Under the pieces are notes generated by a model. It was given only the letters and a program-made list of their open reading frames with translations. It had not been told where the DNA came from and did no database searches. DNA of 64,000 bases from positions 1-64,000 of the IMG/VR virus record IMGVR_UViG_3300031957_002643, one strand, 5' to 3'. How positions within the stretch are numbered: position 1 is the first letter of the stretch; each line of letters begins with the position of its first letter. Of this stretch, positions 10,278 through 19,624 are shown piece by piece. A program made the position numbers and the translations under genes.

Positions 10278-10558
10278 CGTTTATTGTAATCGATACGGCT
10301 ATTGCGAGTGATGTGGAACTCATCAGTGCTGAGCTTTTGCACTATCTGGACCATCCACCCGGTACTAAATTTTGGTGCCCAGAAATGGTCGATGGGCGCT
10401 TTATTAGCAATATGAAATTGCGGGAGCGTCTTCTGGATGAAGTGTATTCAAAACTCCGCAAATTGTCACATCATGAGATATGTGAGGCTCTTCATATTCT
10501 CAAATCGGCAGGATATGATTATCGGTCACTGCCAGCGGATTACGAGGTGAAATTATAA
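10274..10558 (+). CDS. LP-motif small protein
   Basis: LPADYEVK at C-terminus. Confidence 0.65.
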   Translation: MTFIVIDTAIASDVELISAELLHYLDHPPGTKFWCPEMVDGRFISNMKLRERLLDEVYSKLRKLSHHEICEALHILKSAGYDYRSLPADYEVKL

Positions 10559-11604
10559 TGGCATTATTCAACAAGGTTGCAAGTTTCAGTGATATTCACT
10601 TCGGTGAAGATGGCGACAGCAAATATCACAACGAGCTATGCATCTCGTATATCAAATGGTTTATTGATCAGTGCAAAGAGAATGATGTCGATCTGATTAT
10701 CTTCATGGGCGACTGGCATCATGCGCGTTCGAAGGTTGGATCGGAAACCCTCAAATATTCATACAAGGGAACCAAGCTCCTCAACGAGTGTGGTATTCCA
10801 GTTCTGTTTCTGATCGGCAATCACGATCTCTTCTATCGTGAGAACCGTTCCGTGCACTCATTGCCGTGGCTGTATGAGATGGACAACATCACGGTCATTG
10901 ACGATCCAACTGTCATGGATGATGTTCTTCTGGTCCCATGGCTGGTTGAAAGTGATGACCTCAAACAGATTGCCAATGTCAAAGTGAAATATGCGTTCGG
11001 CCACTTTGAACTTCCCGGCTTCCTCATGAATGAGAAATATGCGTTCCCAGATAAAGAAGGCATTCTCAAGAGTGAAGACATGGACCATCTGGAATACGTG
11101 TTCTCTGGTCACTTCCATGCCCGCCAAAAGAGAACCATGAAGTCCGGCTGTGAAATTCATTATATTGGAAACCCGTTCCCTCATGATTTTAATGATGTGA
11201 ATGACCGGGAACGTGGCATGATGATTCTTGAATACGACAACAAACCACAATATATCAATTGGCCGGATGCTCCGTACTACGAGAAGCTAACACTTTCTCA
11301 ACTGTTGGAACAGCCAGAAAAGTTTGATAATAATTCTCACATTAAGGTCATCCAAGATGTTGAGATGACTTCGACTGAGAAGGACGAATTGCGCCAAACT
11401 TTGTTGGAGAATTTTGGTATCGTTCATGTGAGTATTGAACCAGATCGCACCAAAGACAAAGATGGTAACCAAATCGTCAGCGAAGATGATGAAGTCTCGG
11501 ATATCGAGAATGTGGAATTGTATGTGGTGAATTGGATTACCGAGAACGAAGCCACGCGCAAAGATCGAATGATTGAACTCTTTACCAAAGCACAAGCCAT
11601 ATGA
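10558..11604 (+). CDS. 47: recombination endonuclease subunit gp47 (Mre11/SbcD-like)
   Basis: SDIHFG, MGDWHH, IGNHD, GHFE, FSGHFH phosphoesterase motifs. Confidence 0.92.
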   Translation: MALFNKVASFSDIHFGEDGDSKYHNELCISYIKWFIDQCKENDVDLIIFMGDWHHARSKVGSETLKYSYKGTKLLNECGIPVLFLIGNHDLFYRENRSVHSLPWLYEMDNITVIDDPTVMDDVLLVPWLVESDDLKQIANVKVKYAFGHFELPGFLMNEKYAFPDKEGILKSEDMDHLEYVFSGHFHARQKRTMKSGCEIHYIGNPFPHDFNDVNDRERGMMILEYDNKPQYINWPDAPYYEKLTLSQLLEQPEKFDNNSHIKVIQDVEMTSTEKDELRQTLLENFGIVHVSIEPDRTKDKDGNQIVSEDDEVSDIENVELYVVNWITENEATRKDRMIELFTKAQAI

Positions 11605-11843
11605 TTCGCGATACCATCATAGCGGAACGATTTGATCCGATTGCACGTAAGCTTCTTGTGTCACATGCACACGAACTATCATCGAGAGAAGTTGATGGCT
11701 TGGAAGCAGTAAAAGATTTGTGCTCGCCCGAAATCCGCAGCCGTGTTGTTCGAAAGCTAAAACTTCATAATCTTGGAAGAACATCCGCTTCATTTAATTA
11801 TGTATCAAAAAGATATTTGCGGGGAATATTAAATGCTTCGTGA
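11601..11843 (+). CDS. hypothetical protein (MIRDTI N-terminus)
   Basis: ATGA overlap with gp47. Confidence 0.6.
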   Translation: MIRDTIIAERFDPIARKLLVSHAHELSSREVDGLEAVKDLCSPEIRSRVVRKLKLHNLGRTSASFNYVSKRYLRGILNAS

Positions 11844-11988
11844 TATCATATACAAAACTGCCCGAAATGAATTATACGGGTTACAATGTAGCAACATAGT
11901 GCTTTTGCCCATAATAAAGCGCACACTAGAAGAAACAAAAAGCATTTTACGTGCTATTGAGAATGGAAATCGCACCAATGCTTCGTGA
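11833..11988 (+). CDS. hypothetical 51-aa protein (MLRDII), not in the ORF track
   Basis: Hand translation MLRDIIYKTARNELYG...NRTNAS*; fills the gap exactly. Confidence 0.55.
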   Translation: MLRDIIYKTARNELYGLQCSNIVLLPIIKRTLEETKSILRAIENGNRTNAS

Positions 11989-12181
11989 TCTGATTTTCAA
12001 CCAAGTGGTTTGTAGTACCTATGGGGATGTTCCGTTAGAAACCACATGTTGTGTTTTGAGTTCTTCAAGTGGATTTTTACATAATCATGCAATAAGAAAA
12101 ATAAAACAAGCTGAAGAGCGAAGAAACAGATTGGAGGCGATTAAACGACAAATCGCAAAGAGACAATTATGCCTACTTTAG
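11978..12181 (+). CDS. hypothetical protein (MLRDLI)
   Basis: Start adjusted to the overlapping ATG. Confidence 0.55.
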   Translation: MLRDLIFNQVVCSTYGDVPLETTCCVLSSSSGFLHNHAIRKIKQAEERRNRLEAIKRQIAKRQLCLL

Positions 12182-12438
12182 TGCCCGCACTGGCGGATAG
12201 CTGGCTTCAAGCCGTGAGTAACTTGATTGATGATGTACACATGAATGCTCCAAAGACATTATTAGACCTGCTGCATAAGCGATATGGCACAAATAACCTG
12301 TTGGACCGCTTGAAAGATCATAAAGAAGAGCGTATTATGATGGCTCGGATTTATTACAACATGGGCGTTACACCTTATGGAACACGATTTTACAAACTTC
12401 CCAGAGATTACGCAATCAAGTTTAGAGATGCTTATTAA
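12169..12438 (+). CDS. LP-motif small protein
   Basis: LPRDYAIK. Confidence 0.6.
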   Translation: MPTLVPALADSWLQAVSNLIDDVHMNAPKTLLDLLHKRYGTNNLLDRLKDHKEERIMMARIYYNMGVTPYGTRFYKLPRDYAIKFRDAY

Positions 12439-12673
12439 TGATGTTTCGGAATACCATCGTCTTCCCTCTGGCTTCGTCTTCAAGCCTATCATCGAAGACG
12501 AATATGGTGTGCTACCCGTAGAATATTTGATGATTGACGACAACGGGACTTTGTGGTCTATTACGCCATCAGATGAAGAGTTTGAGTACTGGAACCAAGT
12601 CGTATTTGAAGGCCATTCGCCTGATGAGATACGACAGTTGGGTATGGCATTGATGAAAGAGGTACTTGGGTGA
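12428..12673 (+). CDS. LP-motif small protein
   Basis: LPSGFVFK. Confidence 0.6.
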   Translation: MLINDVSEYHRLPSGFVFKPIIEDEYGVLPVEYLMIDDNGTLWSITPSDEEFEYWNQVVFEGHSPDEIRQLGMALMKEVLG

Positions 12674-13002
12674 TGCACGGCAGTTATGAATACGAATTGA
12701 TCGAACCCGATGATGCTGTTCCATTTTTTGACCCGAAATCGCTGAAATTCAGCAATGTCATGATCGTCAACAACGAAACGATAAACATGATTGCGGAAAC
12801 CGCTGACGTTGGTGAACTGAAACAACTACCGCCTGTGTTTGATTTCAAAGTCGATGACAAACCGGGCATTAGACTCACCGTGTTGGATGGCGATAAAATC
12901 CAACACTTTTATTTGTCCATATGGAGAGCGTGTGGAAGTCAACCGAGTGCATTGCCTATCTATGCACCAAAACTAATGGAACGTATAGGGGAATACCTAT
13001 GA
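12670..13002 (+). CDS. LP-motif small protein
   Basis: LPPVFDFK. Confidence 0.6.
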   Translation: MMHGSYEYELIEPDDAVPFFDPKSLKFSNVMIVNNETINMIAETADVGELKQLPPVFDFKVDDKPGIRLTVLDGDKIQHFYLSIWRACGSQPSALPIYAPKLMERIGEYL

Positions 13003-13316
13003 GTGAAACTGATCTGGTTGCCAAAGAAAAGTATGGCAAGACAATCATTGAATGGAACTTCACTACAGGTGAAGTGACATCTCGTTTGTACAGTGAAGTC
13101 AAGAAAACATTCGAGAAGCCAAGCACGGTCACTCGAACAAAAAACATTATGTCTGATCTTCGTAAGCCGGGGGATGATTACTTTGTCCTTCCAACGGGAT
13201 TTGAACTCAAGCTCAATCCGGCACTACCGAGATTCCTTGATCTAGAACAAGATGTCGCAGTGTTTCCAGCCGATGACGAATATAAAAGACGCTTTGCACA
13301 AATTGCCACGGATTGA
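12999..13316 (+). CDS. LP-motif small protein
   Basis: LPTGFELK. Confidence 0.6.
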   Translation: MSETDLVAKEKYGKTIIEWNFTTGEVTSRLYSEVKKTFEKPSTVTRTKNIMSDLRKPGDDYFVLPTGFELKLNPALPRFLDLEQDVAVFPADDEYKRRFAQIATD

Positions 13317-13617
13317 CTACGTTTGCTCTGTTCATTATGATCATGTGGATGTTATAATTGATACATCCTCACACAATGAGCAATCATACGAGCAAATAGA
13401 AGTTCAAGGTGGTATAATATGGCAACCACTGCAAGATATGGTCTCACTGCCAGATAGTTTTGAAATCACTGGTCTGAGTATCGGTGGTGATTATGATAAC
13501 ATAAATTTTAATAATATTTATGTTGAAAATGATGTCAAAATGTATATTCTTTGCGGTAAATTAAAGGATGACTTATTCAACAAAAAAGGTAAAATACAAA
13601 GCGAGGAAAACGCTTGA
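13273..13617 (+). CDS. LP-motif small protein
   Basis: LPDSFEIT. Confidence 0.55.
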   Translation: MTNIKDALHKLPRIDYVCSVHYDHVDVIIDTSSHNEQSYEQIEVQGGIIWQPLQDMVSLPDSFEITGLSIGGDYDNINFNNIYVENDVKMYILCGKLKDDLFNKKGKIQSEENA

Positions 13618-13933
13618 TGTGGGCGCTTTCTATTGTCCATACATCCCGCTTGATATGCCTATTATTCGTACATTTCTATTTCCTCTGCCCCATTGGAGAG
13701 GCAACGGCTCTTTTCACACAAAAAAGATTGAGCTAGGAACGGTTCATGATAAATGCTTGGTGGAACCAACTGCCGAGTGCGATGTCTTCCAATTGGTAAG
13801 CCTTCCAAAAGACTTTACTTTCAAACCAGTTTTCAATACAGTGCATCTGACTATTCCGATTGGTAACGGTAAGATCAAGAAGATTTGCCACGGGTCGGAT
13901 GAATTCAAGGATGAGTTGAAAAAACGGCTATGA
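13568..13933 (+). CDS. LP-motif small protein carrying a major-capsid C-terminal-like peptide
   Basis: LPKDFTFK; DVGAFYCPYIPL. Confidence 0.6.
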   Translation: MTYSTKKVKYKARKTLDVGAFYCPYIPLDMPIIRTFLFPLPHWRGNGSFHTKKIELGTVHDKCLVEPTAECDVFQLVSLPKDFTFKPVFNTVHLTIPIGNGKIKKICHGSDEFKDELKKRL

Positions 13934-14286
13934 GATTGTCTTCTCGCATACGATACATGATCGGCTTTGCCGAAGATCAATTGGCTACGTGGAAGCCACG
14001 ATTGCCCGTCCTCAATGGCAAGATTGTACAAAACAATAGCAATGGAACTGTAGCCGTTAGAGAGAAAAACAAATATGGTAAACGTCCCAAACTCGATGGC
14101 TTGCTAAGTTTTGTTGATACGCGATTTGGCACAGGCGAAATTCACTCATTGCCTGATTCGTTTTGCTTCAAACCCAAACAAAATAAACATGAACTGATTC
14201 GAATTCCGATCCATTCAACACGTGACGATGATAAGTTTCTTGGCTTTCTGACATTGACCCCGCGTTGGATCAAAGAGAACTCGTAA
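13930..14286 (+). CDS. LP-motif small protein
   Basis: LPDSFCFK; C-terminal GFLTLTPRWI shared with next ORF. Confidence 0.6.
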   Translation: MRLSSRIRYMIGFAEDQLATWKPRLPVLNGKIVQNNSNGTVAVREKNKYGKRPKLDGLLSFVDTRFGTGEIHSLPDSFCFKPKQNKHELIRIPIHSTRDDDKFLGFLTLTPRWIKENS

Positions 14287-14684
14287 TGGGTCTTGCTGCA
14301 AAGATACGTGAACGGGTTGAACAAATTCAAGCCGATATCAACTTATTACATTCTGATGCCCTTCAGGCTTATTCAGGACGCCAACAATCCCATATAATCC
14401 GCAAAAGACTTCCGCGTAAGTTGCGTGTTATTAAAATCCATCACAAGTGGAATGGTTATATTGATATTATTCATAATATCTGTGAGGATTGGTTTAAAAA
14501 TATAGAAACTGGCAAGTACTACAAGGTCAAAGAATATTTTGATACATCCGATAAAAAGGAAGTGACAGTCTTACCAAATAGTTTTGAATTCAAAATCACA
14601 CACAACTCAAAACATGCGTTCAAGACGCACATCGAGGGGTATGGATTTCTGACTTTTACCTATAAGTGGCTTAGAAACAATTAA
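14286..14684 (+). CDS. LP-motif small protein
   Basis: LPNSFEFK; GFLTFTYKWL. Confidence 0.6.
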   Translation: MGLAAKIRERVEQIQADINLLHSDALQAYSGRQQSHIIRKRLPRKLRVIKIHHKWNGYIDIIHNICEDWFKNIETGKYYKVKEYFDTSDKKEVTVLPNSFEFKITHNSKHAFKTHIEGYGFLTFTYKWLRNN

Positions 14685-14726
14685 TAATTTGTCCTATGAT
14701 GTGAGCATATTATTCATGAGGTTCTT

Positions 14727-15335
14727 ATGCTCTATCTATTCCGTCATGGTGAAAGCCTGACCAACATCAAACTCGATGAAGTTTGCAACTTTCCACTTAA
14801 TGACGACAATACGGTTCTGACCACACAAGGAATGATGCACGCCATGGACGTGGGCATGCGTTTGAAAGATCAAGGCGTAAGACCTGACATCATTTTCACA
14901 TCACCATTAGCCAGAGCACGACAAACCTCATATATTTTGGCATCATCCATGGAGCACGGATGTCCCATCGAAGTGATCGATGATCTCCATGAAATCGTCT
15001 GGCACAAGAATGGTGTCTTCGAGCGCCACGAGAATTACAGAGACATTGATGGGTGTTTCAAAACGGTAGACGAAAGACCATTGCCGGGTCTAGAAAATCA
15101 ACGAGACGTTTACAACCGTGTCGTCAGCCACATTCCAAAACTCATCACCGAAGCATTGTCCGGCAAAACTGTTTTCTGCGTCTCTCACTATTTTGTCATC
15201 AGAGCGATTAGAGCCTATCTGGATCATAACGATGTTGAATTCATGCCACACTATGACCCAAAGAATGTTGATCCAGTAATCTACACCGAAGCATTACTTG
15301 GCAGTCTATCAACCACCAAAATGTCGGCACTATGA
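14727..15335 (+). CDS. histidine phosphatase (phosphoglycerate mutase family)
   Basis: LFRHGES, SPLARARQT, VSH motifs. Confidence 0.9.
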   Translation: MLYLFRHGESLTNIKLDEVCNFPLNDDNTVLTTQGMMHAMDVGMRLKDQGVRPDIIFTSPLARARQTSYILASSMEHGCPIEVIDDLHEIVWHKNGVFERHENYRDIDGCFKTVDERPLPGLENQRDVYNRVVSHIPKLITEALSGKTVFCVSHYFVIRAIRAYLDHNDVEFMPHYDPKNVDPVIYTEALLGSLSTTKMSAL

Positions 15336-15721
15336 ATGCAATGAGTATCATCCCAGAAGATATAATAAACGAATGGGCCATCGAAGCCGCCAAACAGGTT
15401 CCATACACACATGAACCACTTCCAACTGAAGGGTTCTGTTTCAAATGGTCACCAAAACAACTTAAAGGAGTATTTCTTAGCTACTTCTATGAAATCTCAC
15501 AGTTTTTAGACGATGATGATTACAAGCGCTTATTTTACAATGATATAAAGGTTGCTCAAACGTATTATGATAGCCCTAAAATCCACAAAATGGGACCAGC
15601 GGGTATAATTAAGATGGAGAGTGATACTGGTGCATGCGCCGTATGCGTGTATGCGAATGCCGTGTGTGAAAGAACTGATTTAGATGAAACACTTTATGAC
15701 TGCGAAGGTTCAAGTAGTTGA
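15332..15721 (+). CDS. LP-motif small protein
   Basis: LPTEGFCFK (one-residue insertion). Confidence 0.6.
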   Translation: MNAMSIIPEDIINEWAIEAAKQVPYTHEPLPTEGFCFKWSPKQLKGVFLSYFYEISQFLDDDDYKRLFYNDIKVAQTYYDSPKIHKMGPAGIIKMESDTGACAVCVYANAVCERTDLDETLYDCEGSSS

Positions 15722-16106
15722 TCACGAGATTGATGCTCTAACTGATGTAGAAACGGATGAACACAAGGTTCATTATTACTACAAACCAATCAGTAATGCT
15801 AAAAAGGGAATTCTAGATGATTCTGAAGCAGAAAGCGTTGTCTTCTATCTATTCTACAAGAAATTCAGAGAAGGCAAAAAGCTTCCTTCTGGTTTTGAAG
15901 TCAAAATCCCAGAACAGCATATAGAAAACAAGTTCATCCCAACGGATAGCGCCTACAATTATGGCGAAGGGCGTTCATTTGCGGAATGGGGCATCTGTTA
16001 TCCTGTAGCTAATATCCATCTCGTTGATGGTACCTACATTGATGAAGACGGAGATGAAATCTACGATTACTTCGTGCAGTTTGACTTGGTGGTGAATGGT
16101 TTATGA
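15684..16106 (+). CDS. LP-motif small protein
   Basis: LPSGFEVK. Confidence 0.6.
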   Translation: MKHFMTAKVQVVDHEIDALTDVETDEHKVHYYYKPISNAKKGILDDSEAESVVFYLFYKKFREGKKLPSGFEVKIPEQHIENKFIPTDSAYNYGEGRSFAEWGICYPVANIHLVDGTYIDEDGDEIYDYFVQFDLVVNGL

Positions 16107-16450
16107 TTCACTACAAATCGAAGGGACATTCTCTCCCCTCTGAGTATGAGATAGAAATCTCTGGATCACCAGACGTTGGTGTTTTCAGATGTTTGACGCA
16201 TTCGTATATTGAACCTGATAAAAAGGATGACGTAAACTATCATCAATTTATTGGAAGACGATTAGTTACGAGTTTCCAAAAGAAATTCCCAAATTACATT
16301 TATTATCTTCATCTTAGTCCGCCAGCAGTAAGCGTGTTGAGCGAGGATGAAACAAAATGCTCAATAGCCTTCAAAGTTTTTGCCTTGGTTGCCAATGGGC
16401 CAAATGATATATCTGATACGCCCTTCATTAGTTATTGGAAAATAGAATGA
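16103..16450 (+). CDS. LP-motif small protein
   Basis: LPSEYEIE. Confidence 0.6.
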   Translation: MIHYKSKGHSLPSEYEIEISGSPDVGVFRCLTHSYIEPDKKDDVNYHQFIGRRLVTSFQKKFPNYIYYLHLSPPAVSVLSEDETKCSIAFKVFALVANGPNDISDTPFISYWKIE

Positions 16451-16740
16451 ATTTACCATCCACATTCGAATTCAAAATACATCCACGGGCCGAAAGCAAG
16501 ATTCAAGTCCATCATGTCAAAGAACCATTGATCGGGTCATCAGAAGACATCATTAATGCCATTCATGATGGCTATTCCCGTGGATATCGGTATCAGTATT
16601 CCACTTCGAACGTGACCGTATTGTCCTATGATGTTCATCTATCAGAACCCATGTCATATGTTGATACTGAAACCTTTGAAGTCAAACAAGTGTGGGGAAT
16701 GGTTGGAACCGTGACAATGTTAGTCTCATATATGCCATGA
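16447..16740 (+). CDS. LP-motif small protein
   Basis: LPSTFEFK at N-terminus; paralog of next ORF. Confidence 0.6.
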   Translation: MNLPSTFEFKIHPRAESKIQVHHVKEPLIGSSEDIINAIHDGYSRGYRYQYSTSNVTVLSYDVHLSEPMSYVDTETFEVKQVWGMVGTVTMLVSYMP

Positions 16741-17036
16741 CCAAACAACTTCCATCGGAATTCGAATTCAAAATAGACTATGATGTGGACGTTATTATTG
16801 ACGTTCGCAAATGTGGTCCGTGGATACTAACGGTTGCAGAGATATTAGAAGAAATGTTACTTCAATACCAAAATTACTATTCTAAAAGACACAAGATTAC
16901 TTCATCACGAATTGTAAGCCACACTCTGTATAAAACTCCCACACCAGTAGAAGTACTAGATGAGATCACATTCTCGCCAAAAATGATCATGGGCGTTCTT
17001 GGTGATGTCACAATTAAAACGATGGTTAGAAAATGA
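16737..17036 (+). CDS. LP-motif small protein
   Basis: LPSEFEFK at N-terminus. Confidence 0.6.
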   Translation: MTKQLPSEFEFKIDYDVDVIIDVRKCGPWILTVAEILEEMLLQYQNYYSKRHKITSSRIVSHTLYKTPTPVEVLDEITFSPKMIMGVLGDVTIKTMVRK

Positions 17037-17452
17037 GCAACGATAAAACGCAACTGGAAGCAATCTCATTTTATGATGATTGTGTTTCCGTTCATTCGGA
17101 ATGGAGCAATGCTCATATTGATTTCACTGATCTAAAAACACATGACGAATTGAATTGGTCTGCGCTTCCCTCCGACTATGAATTCAAATTGAGTGGATCA
17201 TTGGCTAGACGCCAGTATCATGAATATCTCTACATCGCTGACGATAAAGATTTCGTATCAATCCTTAGTAAAACCATCGAGGATATGATCGCGGTGTTGG
17301 GTCAGAACCATATTTCATTTGATGCTAAATTCATCAATGTGGAAAATGAAAACTATGATTACATCGATATCAAGGTCACATATTATCGCCCACCCCATAG
17401 AAATTTCACCCGTGCCTTGTCGGGTGTCGTACAAAAACATACATCTTCCTAA
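17033..17452 (+). CDS. LP-motif small protein
   Basis: LPSDYEFK. Confidence 0.6.
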   Translation: MSNDKTQLEAISFYDDCVSVHSEWSNAHIDFTDLKTHDELNWSALPSDYEFKLSGSLARRQYHEYLYIADDKDFVSILSKTIEDMIAVLGQNHISFDAKFINVENENYDYIDIKVTYYRPPHRNFTRALSGVVQKHTSS

Positions 17453-17473
17453 CAAAACTCATATGATGGTGTC

Positions 17474-19624
17474 ATGCTGAACTTAGGACTTCTGACAATT
17501 CAGAATTTGAAATCGTTTGGGAATAAGCGTTCCCAAATTCGATTGGATGACCATACTGGTCTAACACTCATCATGGGATCGAATAAAGATTCCCCCGACG
17601 AGGAATCGCGCAATGGCTGTGGTAAGTCTACCATCTTTGATGCCTTGGCATTCGTCCTGACTGGCAAGCCGATCAAGAATGCCAATCCACCATCCGCATT
17701 GGTCAATCGTGCCAATGAAAAGAAAATGTTGGTGGAACTTGATTTCGAATTGAATGGTTTCGAATGCCGTATCATTCGTGGCCTCAAGCCGGGCGTGTGC
17801 CGTTTCTACAAGAAACCAAAGAATGCTCCCGGCGAATTGATCGACTTTGATTGCACCAAGGATTCCATTGCGAATACCTCGAACGATATCATTGCGTTCA
17901 CCGGTATCGATAATGAGATTTTCAAACTGGTTCTTGTCACTGCTGCCAAACAGGAGAACTTTTTCTCGTTGGATGCTGCCAAGCAGCGCAATGTGATCGA
18001 AATCCTATTCGGTTCGACCATCCTTTCAGTCAAAGCTGAAGTTCTCAAAGAGATGCGGAAGCAGCGCGAAACTGATCTTGCTCTGGAAAAGGCAAAGATC
18101 ACTGAACGCATTGCACAACAGGAACGCGACAAGCGCCGCCTAGAGGCGTTAGAGGCCCGATGCACACAATGGACCGAACAACACGAAGCGTCCATCCTAG
18201 AGCATCAGGAACAGATTAAGGCACTGTCTGAGATTGATTTCGAAGAACAAGAGTCAATTTGGCGCGACAAGTCCGAATATGACAAGCAGCATTCCGAACT
18301 GAAGAGACAGCTTGAGACTGCACAAAAGGATGTGGCCAGTTTCGAGGCACAAGTCAAACTCCCAACGATGAACAAGTTGAGAGCTGCGGAAGCAAAGGTT
18401 GTTGAACTCAAAGGTATCGATATCGAGGATTTCATCAAACGATATGAAACCTATGAGAATACCAAGACTGAAATTGATGCGACCAAAAAGGATTTGCAAA
18501 CCGAGATCAAACTTCTCAACAGCAATTTGAACCAATTCAATACTGATCTTAAGACCTTGCGCAAACAGCTCGAAGGGTTTACAGATGAGTGTCCGACCTG
18601 TGGGCAACCATGGCCCGATGCTGAAGCTCGTCAAAAACAGATTGACGAACTCAACAAGCAGATTGGTGCGAAGGAAGCAGAACGAGAAGAAGCCAATGCT
18701 GAGATTGAAAAAACACAATTCGATCTTGGCGAACTGGATTTGATCAAGAATGAAAAGCCTACTGAATTCGCCAACCGTGATCTGGCTCTTAGAGCATCTA
18801 CTGATCTTGATAATGCACGTGCCATGGTTAAGACGCTTCGCGCTGAACTTGCTGATGCGGAAGCTAAAGAAGATGCCTTGGAAGCAACGCTTACGCTTGC
18901 TAAAAACAATCTGGCAGACTTCGAAAAATCCTCTGATCCGACAGCGGGTAAAGATTTACTTGTTGACAGCTTGGAAGAACTCAAAGTTCTACAAACAGAA
19001 CTTCGAGAATATGAAAAGCGCCTATCCCAACTACTAGTCGAAGAGAATCCACATACGGCCAGCTATGATGAATTGAAGGCTGAGATTTCCGATGAAGTCG
19101 ATAACTCTGCTGTCATCGAGATCGAAGAAGACATTCAAACGCACACCGATCTGATTAATCTTTTGACTAAAAAGGATTCACCAATCCGTAAAGACATTGC
19201 AGCAACCAAGCTGCCAGCGCTGAACAAGTTCATTGCTGAATATCTGGATGCCCTGAACCTTCCATACATCGTGAAGATCAATGATGATCTAACACCATCC
19301 ATTTATGACTTCGAAAAGGATGGCAACTTCACAACCGTATCTTCTGGTGAAGAGGAACGTATCGCTATGGCATTGTCATGGGCGTTCCGTGACTTGTTTG
19401 AATACATGAACTATCCGATCAACTTCTTCGGTATCGATGAACGCATTGATGCCGGTCTGGATGGTTCTGGTTCCAGTCGTGCAATCGATATTCTCTATGA
19501 GATGGCCACCAATAGAAAGCGTAATATTTTCTTGATCTCACATAAGCAAGAAATGATTGACTATGTGGATAGAGTTATGCTATTGGTTAAAGAGAATGGT
19601 TTTTCTAGAATTGAGATGGCGTAA
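17474..19624 (+). CDS. 46: recombination endonuclease subunit gp46 (Rad50/SbcC-like ATPase)
   Basis: NGCGKST Walker A, coiled coil with CPTC zinc hook, SSGE signature, IDE...GLD Walker B, ISH. Confidence 0.93.
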   Translation: MLNLGLLTIQNLKSFGNKRSQIRLDDHTGLTLIMGSNKDSPDEESRNGCGKSTIFDALAFVLTGKPIKNANPPSALVNRANEKKMLVELDFELNGFECRIIRGLKPGVCRFYKKPKNAPGELIDFDCTKDSIANTSNDIIAFTGIDNEIFKLVLVTAAKQENFFSLDAAKQRNVIEILFGSTILSVKAEVLKEMRKQRETDLALEKAKITERIAQQERDKRRLEALEARCTQWTEQHEASILEHQEQIKALSEIDFEEQESIWRDKSEYDKQHSELKRQLETAQKDVASFEAQVKLPTMNKLRAAEAKVVELKGIDIEDFIKRYETYENTKTEIDATKKDLQTEIKLLNSNLNQFNTDLKTLRKQLEGFTDECPTCGQPWPDAEARQKQIDELNKQIGAKEAEREEANAEIEKTQFDLGELDLIKNEKPTEFANRDLALRASTDLDNARAMVKTLRAELADAEAKEDALEATLTLAKNNLADFEKSSDPTAGKDLLVDSLEELKVLQTELREYEKRLSQLLVEENPHTASYDELKAEISDEVDNSAVIEIEEDIQTHTDLINLLTKKDSPIRKDIAATKLPALNKFIAEYLDALNLPYIVKINDDLTPSIYDFEKDGNFTTVSSGEEERIAMALSWAFRDLFEYMNYPINFFGIDERIDAGLDGSGSSRAIDILYEMATNRKRNIFLISHKQEMIDYVDRVMLLVKENGFSRIEMA

